64,000 bases of DNA from Adineta vaga (taxonomy: Eukaryota > Animalia > Rotifera). The notes below the pieces were generated by a model. It saw only the letters and a program-made list of their open reading frames with translations, was not told where the DNA came from and searched no databases. Below, piece after piece: positions 13,933 through 27,270 of the stretch. Made by a program: the position numbers and the translations under genes. The DNA lies in contig CP075496.1 in NCBI GenBank assembly GCA_021613535.1, positions 4,278,001 to 4,342,000 of the forward strand, given 5' to 3'. Position 1 is the first letter of the stretch, and each line of letters begins with the position of its first letter.

Positions 13933-16333
13933 ATGATTTCCGTTGTTTCTTCAGTAAATGCAGCATCTATTGATTCTCGTATGTTAAATTAATTATTCAT
14001 AAGAACTGTATTCATCTACTATTTGAAATATCACTTCTAGTCAAATCACTTACAGCAGCTGATAAACTTCGTGACCTTCTCATACAATTAGACAATGGCG
14101 ATCCACCATTATCGCCACCTTTACTTCAATCAAGTTCACCTAAAGTATAAATTCAATCATTCATATCTTTCATTGTTTGTATCTATATTCAATAGATACC
14201 AAATGATTTTCTAGAATCAAGTGATCTCCATATACTCGCACAAACAGCTGATGAGATAAATAATCGTTTAAAAGATGAAAATAAAGCATTACGTGTAAGT
14301 ATTCATATACAATGGAAATAAAAATAAATCTGAAAATTCTCTTAACATTTGCAACATAGATTGAAAATACTAAACTTCGATCGAATGTTGTCATTTTAAT
14401 CGAAGAAAACAATCGCTTATATGAAGAAATGCGAAGTACGTTCGTATCAGATATGCTTCGTTTAATCAATATGGATGATGGACGGCAACATACCAGTAAA
14501 GAAGTATAATAAAAGAAAAGAAATTCTTCATGTACATGTATTTTTCTTAGTCACAATTAGTCGATCTATATACGAAAAAGATGCGTAGTCTAGAAATTGA
14601 ATTCAAAGAAGCAAAGTATGTATCATTCAGCGAATTGAAATCAATCGATATCGTTTGAAATAATTCTAGGGAGAAATTGAACATGTATGAAACTGCTTGG
14701 CATGCACCGAATGAATTGATGAACTGTCTCAAATGTGGTGCTTTTCTTCCATTTAATCAACATTCTTTGGAACATAATGAACGCTTTGCAGATATGATTG
14801 AGTAAATATTCTTGAAAATAATCTAGTCTACTGACTGAATGTTATATCATAGAGAAAACGAAACGAATAAACATAAGATCTTGCAGATGCAGGTAAAAGT
14901 TGAGAAAACAGAAACAAACGAGCAAAAAGTATTAGCTAAATTACAAGAATCTCTGGTTATTACTGAACGTTGTCAAATGGAAAAGGCAGAAGTAGATGAG
15001 ATATGTTTTTTGTAAACTCTGATTGACCAATTTCTTCTTTCATCAATTAGGCAATTGTTGAACGTGATCTTATTCAACGTGAACTGATTGAAACACAAAA
15101 GAGATTAAACAAATTAATTGAGGAAATCAATGAAAAAGTAACGAATGAAACACGAACTATTGAAATCATATGTCGTGAACGATTGAAAGACAGTGAAGAA
15201 AAAGTAATTTCATCAATGAATTAAAAGACAGCAAGACTTTTCGTTGATTTAAGATACAAAAAACAGAAGATAAATGTTCACAATACGAATTAATTATTGA
15301 TCGATTAGCTCGAGAAAAAACTTCTTTAGCAGCTGATCTAGATGTATGGAAAGAATGTATTCAACGGCAAGAGCTTGATTTAAGTCAAGTAAAGTATTTC
15401 TTCTTTTTATCTATAACTATATGAAAATGATGAATTGTTTTGTTACATTTCAGACAACAGATGCAGTTAAACTTCAAATTCAAAAAGCAATGCGTGAACG
15501 TGATGAAGCAAATGCGAATACTATGCAAATTCGATCGAATTTCGAGCAATTCTTATTACAAAGTAATCAAGTAAGATCATCTAGTAATCAAAACAACAAC
15601 AATAGCACAGACCATATTTAGGATTTTCTTCAACTTCGATATCAACTTAGTTCAACACAAAATCGTCTTCATGATATTGAAAGTGAATTATTGAATTCGA
15701 AAAAGCAATGTTTGGATTTAACCGAAGAAATCAATCAATTAACACGAGAAGTATAAAACTATTTCTTATCATTCAATTTTCTTCTTGATTTTGCTTCTTC
15801 TCTAGAACCTAATGTTAAAAAATGTTAAACAAACATTAGAACAATCTCGTGAAGAAAATTTAGATGCAATAGTAGTCATATTAAAACAACGTGAAGAAGA
15901 TCATTGTAAAACAATTGAAAAACTTGATTTAGAACGTCAACAGTCATTATCACATCTTGAAGATCTTGTTCAACATCAGAATACTATTTTGAATAAACTT
16001 CGATTATATTCACGAGACTTAACAAATGAAATTGAAAGAATCCTACAACGAAAAAATGCGATTGTACAAGAAATAACAATTGAAAATCAAGAATTACGAA
16101 TGAAATTATCTAATGCATACGAACGTTTAGATCAAACAGATACACAACTAACAGAACATAGTAATACTCATATGAAATATAAACAACGAATGGTTGAATT
16201 AAATAATAAAGTAAAGGAATATGAATATACCGTATGTAAATCTTTGAGCTTTTCAAGATTTCTTTTTTTTTAATTATCAATATGATTTTAGATCAGTAAA
16301 CTCAATGTACACGATTTGATTGTGAACAAATGA
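13933..16333 (+). CDS. SDCCAG8: Centrosomal coiled-coil protein SDCCAG8 (NPHP10/BBS16) homologue, ~13 short exons
   Basis: Spliced product has AADKLRDLL, SNVVILIEENNRL, NCLKCGA, ITERCQMEKAEAIVERDLIQREL, KAMRERDEA, QHQNTILNKLR and EHSNTHMKYKQRM, colinear with remembered SDCCAG8 motifs (AVNQLKDLL, VVVLENEGL, LCLKCAQ, EKTKALIQCDQLRKEL, SQNTFLTKLK). ATG 13933, TGA 16331-16333; all intron phases consistent. Confidence 0.8.
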
Positions 16334-16543
16334 AAAACGAATGTTTATATCCCGGTGAAGTCATTTTATTTTTTTATTAAAATATGAATTCTTATTTTCT
16401 TTTATCAAATAAAAAGATAGTATCTATATATGTGTATTATTTGGCAGTGAGCAAAACCCATCCAGGAAGCATACAAAATATCTAACTTATCAAAGAGATT
16501 AAACACAAGAAAAAAATATATGTACTGTTTTTCTTTAGTATTT

Positions 16544-18532
16544 TTATGAAGCAGATGATTGCCGTGCCTCATTGAGATTAACAGTGAAAGCAACCGGGGT
16601 TTTAGCACGCTTTCGTCGTCGAACATTATAGAGTTCTTCAACATTAACCGTATCACGAGCTCGTTGAGCACCAGATTGTGGTAAATTAGGTAAACTAGGT
16701 TCATCAAGAACAAATGTATCACGTCTTTCTAAACTATTGCCTAAGGGTACTTGTTCTTGAATTGATGCCATAGGAGGAAATCGACTTCTTCCTCTGCCAA
16801 CGAAACTATTTCCAGCACTTACACCTCCTCCTCCTCCTCCTCCTCCTCTTCCACTACCACCAAAGATGGGTCGATCATCACCTTCTAGTGAACGTGCTGC
16901 TGTTGTGCTTGCAACAAAATTACGACGTGGAGATGGTTCTGGTGCTGTCACTGATGTTCGTCGAGCAGATCGAGCATTGTTACTAGCAAATGGATTTGAA
17001 CCAAAGAGTGAAGATTGTTGTTCTGTTGAAACAGTATGAGATGATAATGAAGTTCGTCGTGCTGGTACTGTTAAATTATGATCTGCAAATGGATTATGAT
17101 TACTATTCGAAAGGTGATTTTGTGTAGAACGATAACCAATAGTTTGAGAAAGCATCGATGTTTGTGAGGTATCCATATGTCGATCTAAAAGAGTGAAAAT
17201 GAAAATATGCGAAATTCATTGATGATTTACGTTGATCATTGTAAGATCGTTCTCTAGAAGCTGTTGAATTTCTTGATGTTCCTCCATAATGTGTTGAAGT
17301 TTGTGGATATGGTGCTGCAGAAAATCGTGGTTGTTGATGACTATGATCTGAAGACATATCAATCAATTGACCGAAACTTTGTATTGAAGAAGACATATTT
17401 GCTTGATTATCAAATACAAGTCGTAACTGAATAAGTTTTGTTGATAAACGAGAGAAAGAGACTATCATTATTACCTGCTCACCTTCTGCATATCTGTTGG
17501 TATTTGACTTTGTAAAGTTTCAATTTGTTGAGAATATCGATTGCATTGTGCTCGCATATTTGCTACATCTTTATCATTAATCAATTGTCCACTTTAAAAA
17601 TGCGTATATAAATCCAAAAGCTAATAATTAGAAAAAAGAATTTCCTTACTTTGAAATAGATGTTCCAACTGCGTCACAAAAACTGGCAACACTTGCTAAT
17701 TCAACTTCTGCAGTTTCTTGTTGTAAACGAAATGTTCTAAAATTACACAAATTTCATCGCTATAAAATACGACTGACAGCAGAAGAATTTTGTTTTTCGT
17801 AAAACCTTAATTGTGATTGCATATAAACTTCTGTCTCCGTTAATAATGCTGTTTCTCGATGTTTCAATTCATCAATTAATATACCAATAACTTGTATTAT
17901 ATCTCGTCGAATTTGATCATGATTTGCTTTAACATTATGAACACGTTGTTCATAAGAAGCAATTTTTTCACTTAATTTTGGCAAAGAACGACGTAGTTGA
18001 CTAACAGATGCACTGATATTATAAATTGCTTCACGTAAATGTGGTTCACGACAATTTGTACAAATAAATTTCGAACAATCATTACATTCAATCAATGCTA
18101 ATAAATAATAATAATGTATCAATTTGTTTTTAATAACAATCAGAATTTAATTTCACGTACTTTGTTTTTGTTCTCTACAAATGTAACAACGATCAGGTAT
18201 GTCAGTAATCGTTGTCGGTGGTGGTAAATCAAGAAATCCAATCATTGTTAGATTAGAAGGAAAAGCTTGAACACCACCTGATTAGAAAAAGAAAAAAATT
18301 GATTTGATTTTTGATTCTTTTAAATAAAACCTGATGGAATCTGATGTTCACGACGACATTCAGGACAACGTAATGAACGTGCTCTTGGTTCGATCAAACT
18401 TGTTAGACATGGTGTTAAACAAAATGTATGCATACATGGTAAAACTTTGGGAAGACGAAATTTATCCAAACATATTGGACACGTTGTCAAACGTTCCATT
18501 TGATTTAATCGATTTTCTCTGACTGTAGGCAT
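16544..18532 (-). CDS. TRIM/RBCC E3 ligase (RING, B-box, coiled coil) of the nhl-1/abba(thin) type, with a low-complexity tail and no NHL repeats
   Basis: C3HC4 RING TCPICLDKFRLPKVLPCMHTFCLTPCL...CPECRREHQIPSGGVQAFPSNLT; B-box RCYICREQKQTLIECNDCSKFICTNCREPH; coiled coil follows; exons join in frame to the stop at 16544. Confidence 0.85.
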
Positions 18533-18647
18533 TGTTTGATGAGAATTCTTTTAAAAGATTTTGTTTTTTTCGTTTTGACAAATCAATTCATTTGTTATTC
18601 AGGTAAAGAAATATGAGAATATACAAAACCATATTTGATATTGAGCA

Positions 18648-18662
18648 GTATCCGTTAGCAAT
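18648..18662. promoter_or_regulatory. X-box-like element upstream of the TRIM gene
   Basis: Minus strand reads ATTGCT-AAC-GGATAC, an imperfect RFX-type site ~115 bp upstream of the TRIM ATG. Confidence 0.3.
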
Positions 18663-20909
18663 TACCTTCATTATATTCCAAACAAGATGTCGCAATCTAA
18701 TGGAATATTTCAAGGACTTGTTTCGAACATAAATATATACTCATAGGTTGATTGACTGAAAGAAATATTTTGTCTCTAATAAGATTAACATATGCAATAT
18801 GATTCATATAAAGTTATTAATATACAATGGAAAGAGAATAATTATGAATAATTAATACACCCAATTAATCTTTTAAAGACGTTTTATATGAAAAAATGAT
18901 AGTTGTTTAGTACTTTTATTTCATCTGGACGAGGCATTTATGTATCTGAGGTTAATAAAACTCTCTTAATGATTTCATTCAATATGTCCTCTCATAGTAT
19001 TACCCGGAAATCTACCAAATGAGTCCACTTATAATTCACAAGAATAATGAAAGATTCTCAGGGATAATCATTCGATCAACATACTTGTATTCATATAGAA
19101 GTCATAGATAAATAGACAATATAGTTTTATGTTATTCATGCTTCTATATTATGAAAGAAATATATATAAGAAGGAAAGTAAAAGTATCAATCTACTGTTA
19201 AGAAAACATTAGTGACACATGATATAATGATATATCAAGGTAGACAGAATAAATGGAAGAACATATATACATTTTAAAAATAGAAGTTTTTGTATTCTGT
19301 GATAGTTGACCTTTAATCCTTCCGGCTAATCTCTGATGTTGATCCTTATGACTCATAATCGAATATTTCAGGGAGATTTGTTGTATGTTGAGCAATTAAC
19401 TTTCCAAATGGTGATCATCGTACATATGATGTACTACATAGAAATTGAAATCAGTATGCTAATCGTCAAAATGTAGATTCTCAAAATAGATCATTCGATG
19501 AAACTCCAACACATATGCTAATAGCTCATACTCATAAACTAATATTCCTTTCTACTTGCAAGAATTTTCATACCTTTACTCCTAATTATATTTAGAATAT
19601 ATGTTATCGTAAATATTATCAGCATGAACCAAGTCAACGTTTCTAAGAGTACATTCTCGTTTTTTTTCCTAAAAATTGTCTATTCATCTTGTCATCAAAT
19701 GAGATAAGTAATAAACTTTATGTCACTTAATGAAACCACTTACACAACATGGAAATAACATACCATTTAACACTCGAAACCTTTGCTTCTGAACCTTCAT
19801 AGGAACTGTTATGAAAAGTGTTTGATTCAATATAAGAAATTGTTCATCTAGATGATCAACATGAACAAATACTTGTCCGATGGAAGGAAGTAATGTTATG
19901 TTGACATTTCTTGAACAAGCAATGATTCGTTGTATAATAGTCTTGTTACATCAAGGAATTTTCGAAAAAGATCAATCATCTAGTACACACTTTTGGGTCA
20001 AGCTGAGTTCTAAAAGATGCCTGAAATTTGTTTGTTTGGAGTGTAGATATAGAAATTGCGATTCTAATTGGCAGCTGTTCAACAGACTTTTTCACTATCG
20101 TCATCATAATGATATTAGTGATGTATTCAATATTTTAGTCTTTGTTGTTTGTCTGATATTTCCATCTTATAGTTCCTTTCATCATTGCATGTCACTAATC
20201 AATGAGTAGATTATCTTGGCCGTTTTCGTGTGCACTAAATTAATTTTAATATTTAGCCGTTAGTTGTTGTTTCATCTTCACTACATACACACGCATAGAG
20301 ACACTTCAGCACGAATAGAAATGAAGTAGAAAAGAAAAACGAAGAACGATAATGACGAGAGAACTATTTTCAATTACTAGAGTTATTGAATCATGATATA
20401 TTTGTCAAGTATTCTCGAATGGTAAGTGTGATCGGTTGAAATAAACTTACAATCATGCTAGAACTTGTTGTTTAATTATCGTGAAATGTTTTCTAAAATA
20501 ATATTAACAATGATGAAATTAGTTATTATAAATGATCACAAATTCTGAAAGCACATGTTGCTAATGTTATTAATAGTGTTTTCTTGTCGAAATCGATTCA
20601 TTTTCTTGGTATGAAATAGCATGAATTTTTTTTTATTGAATTTATTTGTATGTATGTATGCGTGAGTTTAGTTTTTTTTACATTCTCTCTGTCTATCTTT
20701 ACGTAAAACATTCTGATCATATATTTAACATGAAATGATGCTTGTTAAATTAGTGGCTCATAGACGATTCGGTCGTACATCATTTTCTTTTTCCTCTTAA
20801 TGTGTTTTTTTTCGCTAGTTTATCTCTGGAAGTTTTTTTTTGTCAGAATAATTTAATTTCTAACTGAGTTATTGAGCGAATTTTATCAGATAGAATATAG
20901 AATAGAAAC

Positions 20910-21370
20910 AACGGAGAAAGAAAGAGAGGGAGCAGAGCAGAACATAAAATGCTCAAGATGTAAAACAAGAGAAGAAGAGAAGAAGAACAAGAGGAAGAAG
21001 TTATAGAGACTTTCAGTTATTATTTCTGTTTGTTGGTAGATAGCTCGATGTGAAGAGAGGAATGCATACTAGGGAGTGAATGAACAAATGACTGAATGAA
21101 TGTCGGAGTGAATTGGTGATGATGGAGTGATAGGAAAAAAACGCAAAGATCTAGCATGGTAATAGAAAAGAGAATAAGAATAAGACGAAGGAAAAGAAGA
21201 GAAAGAAGAAGGAGAAGAAGCCGGAGAAGATGATGCTGTTGATGGAGACGACGAACATTGGGGAAAAAAGAAAAAAAAGAACACACATACAAGAAGGAAA
21301 CACGACTGATTTCTGTGTTGTGCTCGCTGGTCTTTGTTGTTTGAAGGACACGGAAAAAAAAGAGAGGGAT
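20910..21370 (+). repeat. GAA/GA-rich purine low-complexity tract
   Basis: Repeated GAAGAA/GAGAA units; produces spurious F/S/L-rich minus-strand ORFs. Probably lies inside a long 5'-UTR intron of the Cys-loop receptor gene (donor-like GGTAAGT ~20421, acceptor TTCAG ~23032). Confidence 0.6.
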
Positions 21371-23118
21371 TCATTGCGCATACTTCGATGACTACTGTTT
21401 GTTTTTTTATAAATTACAAATTTGTATATCAGCAAGACTGTCAAGTGGTAACCCTATGGTAATAATACATTTTTCATCAATCATTCCATGATTATCATAG
21501 GTTTTTAGGAAAAAACAATTGATTTTCTTTTTATTTATGGAGTTCTATTTCGCTGACAAGTATAAAAACGATCGTGTTTCTAGTCATGTTATCACATTAT
21601 CTCCATATCTTCACTCGTTTTTTTAGTCGAATCGATCGACGCGCCGAACAAATATCCCTAAGGAGTTGTTGTTGATGTTCTTATTGCCACAAGTATTTGA
21701 GTTTTTTTTTCTATCGTTTAGAACAATTCAAAGATAAGAAGCAAATAGATCTGGCAAGCACATATATATAAATATATATTTGTCATCATATGCGATCGTA
21801 TATGAGTCTTTGTATATACTTATAAGCGCGTAGTGACGACAAACTATTTATAATTGATCCCTGAAAGTGCATGCGTGCGCGCATTCAACATCTTTTGACA
21901 TAATGATGGGCTGTCGCATCGTTTCTCTTCCTCCTTCTTCTTTTTTCTTCTTTTTTTACACATACATAATCGATTAGAATGAGGTAACCATATGTAGAAA
22001 ACTATCTCAAGCATATCTAAATAGATAGATAGATCGATCGATCAATATATATATATAGCTATATATGAATTTGGTAAACATATAATTGCCCTATGAGATC
22101 TACTTTTTAGAATAATCAAACAATACATTGACAGATCTCTTTCGAAACTTTAATTGATATAAAATGACCGACATGATAGAATAAAATATCTAAGTTTATT
22201 GTGTTAGAATTCTTATTAAACAATATAACACTATTTTTGATGAATAGAGAAGGTAAGAAGTAACATAATGACTTTTTTTTATAATTCATTTCCGACATTA
22301 TATTTATGAAAAAAGAAACATCCAGGCTTTTCTCCTTGAAATGGTTTCTTGAAATTAAAAAGCTTCTTTTTATTCTCTTGTATCTATTTACAACGAATAC
22401 TTCTTTAAATCGGATTCAGACATACATAAAAGAACTAAGTATGTTGACAATTTCTAACTTCTAAGAATTCAATGACTTTTGTTAAAACTAACATTAAGAA
22501 AACTTAAAAATTCATGTTCTTTAAGATTCATTACTATATTATAGCCTTAGAAAATGTTTTTTACTTGTTTATTTTCTATAGCTTTGTATGTTTTATTTAT
22601 TAGTTTATTTGACTTCTCGATTGTGTGATATTTATCTTGAGAAAATGTATTAGACGTAAAGACTATTTTTGTCATAGTTTGTCTGTATATGTTGTAACAA
22701 CCATTGAATCTATCGATAATAGGAGTGACGATGTGATGATGAGTTTTGTAAGACTATAAAAGGAAGAAAAAGAGATAGAGTATATAAAAGAGAAAATAGA
22801 AAAAAACAAAATTTGCCCGCCGGCACTAAATCCGTCATCGTATGATTGTCAAAATCATTTTTTCTTTTGGTTTTTATATTGTTGCCGATATACATACGAT
22901 AGACAATTGTCAATGACGAGTAATTACATTCGATTAGATGATATTCTTCGATTCCGTACGAATAACTTATTTTCAATTACTTTCATTAGAATTTTCTTAT
23001 ATATTCTCTACATTCTTCTTCTATTTATTCAGATAAAACACTTGGTTTCATTGATAATTAGAAACACATAATCGCGGTACTTGCTTTGAAGAAGATAGAG
23101 AATAATAAACCATAGAAC

Positions 23119-25924
23119 ATGTGTCATTATTGTGCCTATTTAAAACATGTTCAATCATCATCTTCAACAAATATCTCAAATCAAAATTCATCTTCTGTGC
23201 GTTATCATCAACAACGTCAAATACGATCATATAATCTAACTGTACCACTATGTCTTGTTAGTTTAACATTATTTTTCATTATGCTCAATGTTACTCTTGT
23301 TCTTTCACAATCGTCACAAATTCAACAACAACGAGATCAATCATCAAATAAAATTTTACAAGATACTCCACAAGGTAAAGCTTATTTTCTATTTATTTAT
23401 CAACAGTTTTCGAATGAAAAAGTTCGTCTTGTATCTTGACAATACTCTTATCTTACTAAAATAAGGAGAAAGAAAAGGATTTATCTTGAGATTAAAATAT
23501 TTCATTATTCTTTGAAAGAACAATAGATTGGTCGAAGATTACAATCTAATCTAAAGAAGATTTTATTATTTCTAGATTTTTTCGGTGTGAATACAAATCT
23601 TGATGAAGATCAACAACAAGCAAAATATCGTGAATATGTCTCATCAACTATAAAAACTGCCAATTCATCATTGACTGTTCTTCCGCCGCCAAAGAGACGT
23701 TTAACATTTGAAAAACGTCTTATTCGTGATTTACTTGATAATTATCCAACAATTTATGCACGTCCAATACGAAATGTATCCGATCCATTAATTATTTCAT
23801 TTGGTTTAACTTTAACACAATTATTTGATGTGGGTTCAACCGGTCAAAAAATGCAAACGAATACATGGAAAACATTAAAATGGCAAGATATGAATTTAGC
23901 TTGGAATCCAGATCAGTATGGTGGTTTAAAAACTGTTTGTTTACCAGCAGATTCTATATGGACACCGGTAAAAATCAAAGTTAACATAAAACAAATTGAA
24001 ATTGTCTTCTACTTCTTTTCTAGGATGTTGTCTTAGATAATTATGCTGATGAACGTTTAAAAGATTGGCGTGAAATTTCTGCTGTTATTCAACATACAGG
24101 TGATATTCTTTATGTTCCTGCAACTATGCAGTTTAGTGTATGCTTTCTTGATATAACAAATTTTCCTTATGATATGCACGAATGTCCATTAAAATATCGT
24201 TCATGGACATATGATCTCTCAAAATTAGAACTTGTTTTTAAAGATGATTTATTTGGCATTGATATGACAGCATACGTTGATTCAAATGAATGGAGAGTTA
24301 AACCACTTGAAGCAAAAAAGAATGTTACAAATGATACGTTTTCTTTATTAACATTTACAATGAATATTCAACGAAAAGGTGGTCTCTATGGATATATTCT
24401 AATATTACCATGTTTACTCTTATCTGCAGCAACAATGGTCGTCTTTTGGATTCCACCAGAATCACCAGCAAAAATGATTTTAACTATTTCAATTTTTTCT
24501 GGTCTATTCCTCTTATTACTGCTGTTGGCTGAATCCATACCTGGTAAGTAATATCGACTAGAGTTAAAATTGCATGTTAAATGGCGGAGTATAATTATTT
24601 TTGAAAAGAACTAAATAAGAAAATTATTCGTTGAATATTAAACTCTAGAAATACACTCAGGAATTGAACTAGTTCGATGAATCGATTCAGTCTACATATA
24701 TATAAATAACTATATATTTATAAAAGAAATCTCTAAAGATATTCATGAACAGTGTCTTAGTTTACAGTAGAGAATTGCTTATTTCTCTTCACGAATTACT
24801 AAACTTTCAGTTAACAAATTAAACTAGGAACGTATGCGGTCTTTTCAATTTCACATTTTAAATGGAAGAATACGAAAAAATAATTGATGCATTTCTTAAT
24901 GTTTATCGATCCATTGAGTGGAAACATCGCGCACCATTCAATATGTCTTCTATTGAAATGAAAATTTCCAAAAATAAACAAACAAACATGATCCTTTGAA
25001 ACAAAGTAAACTCAAGACCTCAGAGAAATATCTAGTCTCAGAATTCTTTCCTATTGTGTCTTTTCAAAATATATGAATAGTATCTTCATTAATAAAATTA
25101 TAGTAGTTATGTCTGCAATAATAATAATTATTAACTTTCAGCGAGTTCAATATAAATATTGAAAGAAAAATAAGTTTAATGTACAATTTGTTTTCTTTTG
25201 AATTACTTTAGGTGGTGGTGGTACACCTCAAATTGGTTATTATTATTGTATGAATATGGTTGTTGTTTCAGTAACGGCTGTCCTTGCTACTATCGTCATA
25301 CATATATATATTCGAGGTGATCGACGTCAAGGTGTACCTCCTTATATTCGACGATTATTTCTCCAAACACTACCTCGAATCTATTGTATGGCTTCAAAAA
25401 CACCGCCTAATCCACCGGGTCCTGTAACACCACGTTTTGGTTCACCAACACCTGGTGCTCTTCTTTTACCTGAACAAATCTTTCTAACACCACATTATCA
25501 TGAAGAAGAATTTTCTAAGAAACTTAAATTATTAAAACAACGCTTTCAAGATTTTCATCGACAACAACAACAAAAAACACTTGCTGCATCTGCGACTAAT
25601 GCTATGGCAAATGAAACTGTTGCTGCATTAAGTGTGAATTTACGTTCGATTGAAAATGATCTTAAAGAAATTCGAGATTATTTAAGACATATGAAAAAAA
25701 AAGTTGAAGATAATGCTCAATCAAATAAAACTCACGATGAATGGAAACAAGTAGCATTAGTACTTGATCGAACATTTTTCTTTGCTTATTGTTGTTGGCT
25801 TGTTCTCTCTCTTGTTATTATGTTTCCAAAAACACCCAGTATATCGAAAAATCTATGGTCAACACCAGCAACATCGAGTGTTATTAATACCACGACCGGT
25901 TTAAGCAATTTTACAATGATGTAA
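23119..25924 (+). CDS. Cys-loop ligand-gated ion channel subunit, nAChR-like, non-alpha, predicted anion-selective; 4 coding exons (~23119-23374, 23576-23967, 24024-24543, 25212-25924)
   Basis: EKRLIRDLLDNY, ARPIRN, WQDMNLAWNPDQYGG, IWTPD, Cys-loop CFLDITNFPYDMHEC, SWTYD, M1 ILILPCLLLS, FWIPPESPAK-M2, M4 EWKQVALVLDRTFF; no vicinal CC. Confidence 0.93.
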
Positions 25925-27270
25925 TCCATCACATTTCTACTTCTTTTTTTCGCAAAAACAAACTATATCTCGGTGCTAATTCTCACGTTGTTTCTAGCCT
26001 GTATTTTTTCTTCTCTTTCTCGTCTTTTTGCATTATTGATTCAGTTTTGTATTGTACACACATATGAAGTTCCTTTTTTTTCATTGAGATATATTTCTGT
26101 TTAGAAGAATACAAAATAATGTATTATATTTTAAGTAGTAAATATGAAACTTTTTTTGTTAAAATTTGAATTAGACTATAAATTTACTACTTTGTTCAAA
26201 TGAATTTGTAACGAGTCTATTTTTTAGGTACATTATTTATCTAGACAACGTGTGTTCGTGTTTAGATTGATTCCAGTCTATTTAACTCATTTGATTTCTG
26301 GTTCTGAAAGGAAATGATTGTAGTTATTTTTAGGCATATTAGTACAAGTGTTTGACTTGAAGAATTTGATCTATTTTTAGAGATAATATTCTTTTTCTTT
26401 TATATATCTTTTGAACACATTGACATTATAGTTTTTTTGAATGTCTTATAGAACATGAATTTCTTCAAAGAGCGTTTCTAGACAGTGTCACTTGATGTTT
26501 TACTTGCTTGTTTCGGGAACATTAAGTAGTTATTGATTCAATTGGCTGGATATGTCAACAAATATGAATGATAATAATGCATCATCTTTATGTAGAAGAA
26601 TCAAGTTTAGTATTTGCAATCAAGTAAGATTTCTTCTCTTGTAACAGGGGAAGTTAAATCATAAAAATTGTATCTTTTTTTGCATATCATAATGATGAAA
26701 AGTCGGTTAATCTTATCGTAAATAGTTTTTTGCATAAATCTTTTGAGCAGATTATTGAAATTTTTTTATTTTCCTAATAGAATTATCAAGACCATGGATA
26801 AAAAAATACTAAGTATAGCTATTTTCTTTCAAAACGATTAAGTGCAAACTTATTCTATATATAGATCACATTTTTTAATAGGTATATATCTTATTAGAAA
26901 TTTTCCGCTGTATTATCCGAAAATAAAGAAGAGTATAATATAATTTTTTTGTGAACTAATTGTTTTATCAAATTTCTCAATGACGATACTTACTCTACAC
27001 TAGTGAAATTTATTTTTAGACATTTGAGTATGCCTGGTGTCTTTGATGATATGTCCACATTTAAAAAAACAATCGGTGCAATTTAGCACCGAAAATGTAA
27101 TTTTCAAGGGTAAATATATGGATCAGCTCTTGTAAAGAACGAATACATATAGAAATATCTCGTCAGATAGGATTCATAGACGATTCTTTTACTTCTGTGC
27201 ATCCATATCAACTCACATACGTTCATATCGATATTCATACGCATTGATGACTTTCAATACACATGCGATT

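Noticed and set aside
19880-20209. 109-aa ORF in the TRIM-receptor intergenic region
   Set aside because: No recognisable domain or splice structure; likely chance.
21020-21444. Minus-strand F/S/L-rich ORFs
   Set aside because: Translation of a GA-rich low-complexity tract; no splice or homology support.
21448-21463. X-box-like GTAACCCTATGGTAAT
   Set aside because: Spacer of 4 nt, imperfect half-site, and not near a recognised start.
27070-27115. Hairpin CGGTGC..GCACCG followed by AAGGGTAAA, reminiscent of piggyBac or Helitron ends
   Set aside because: No matching opposite TIR, TTAA site or CTRR terminus found.
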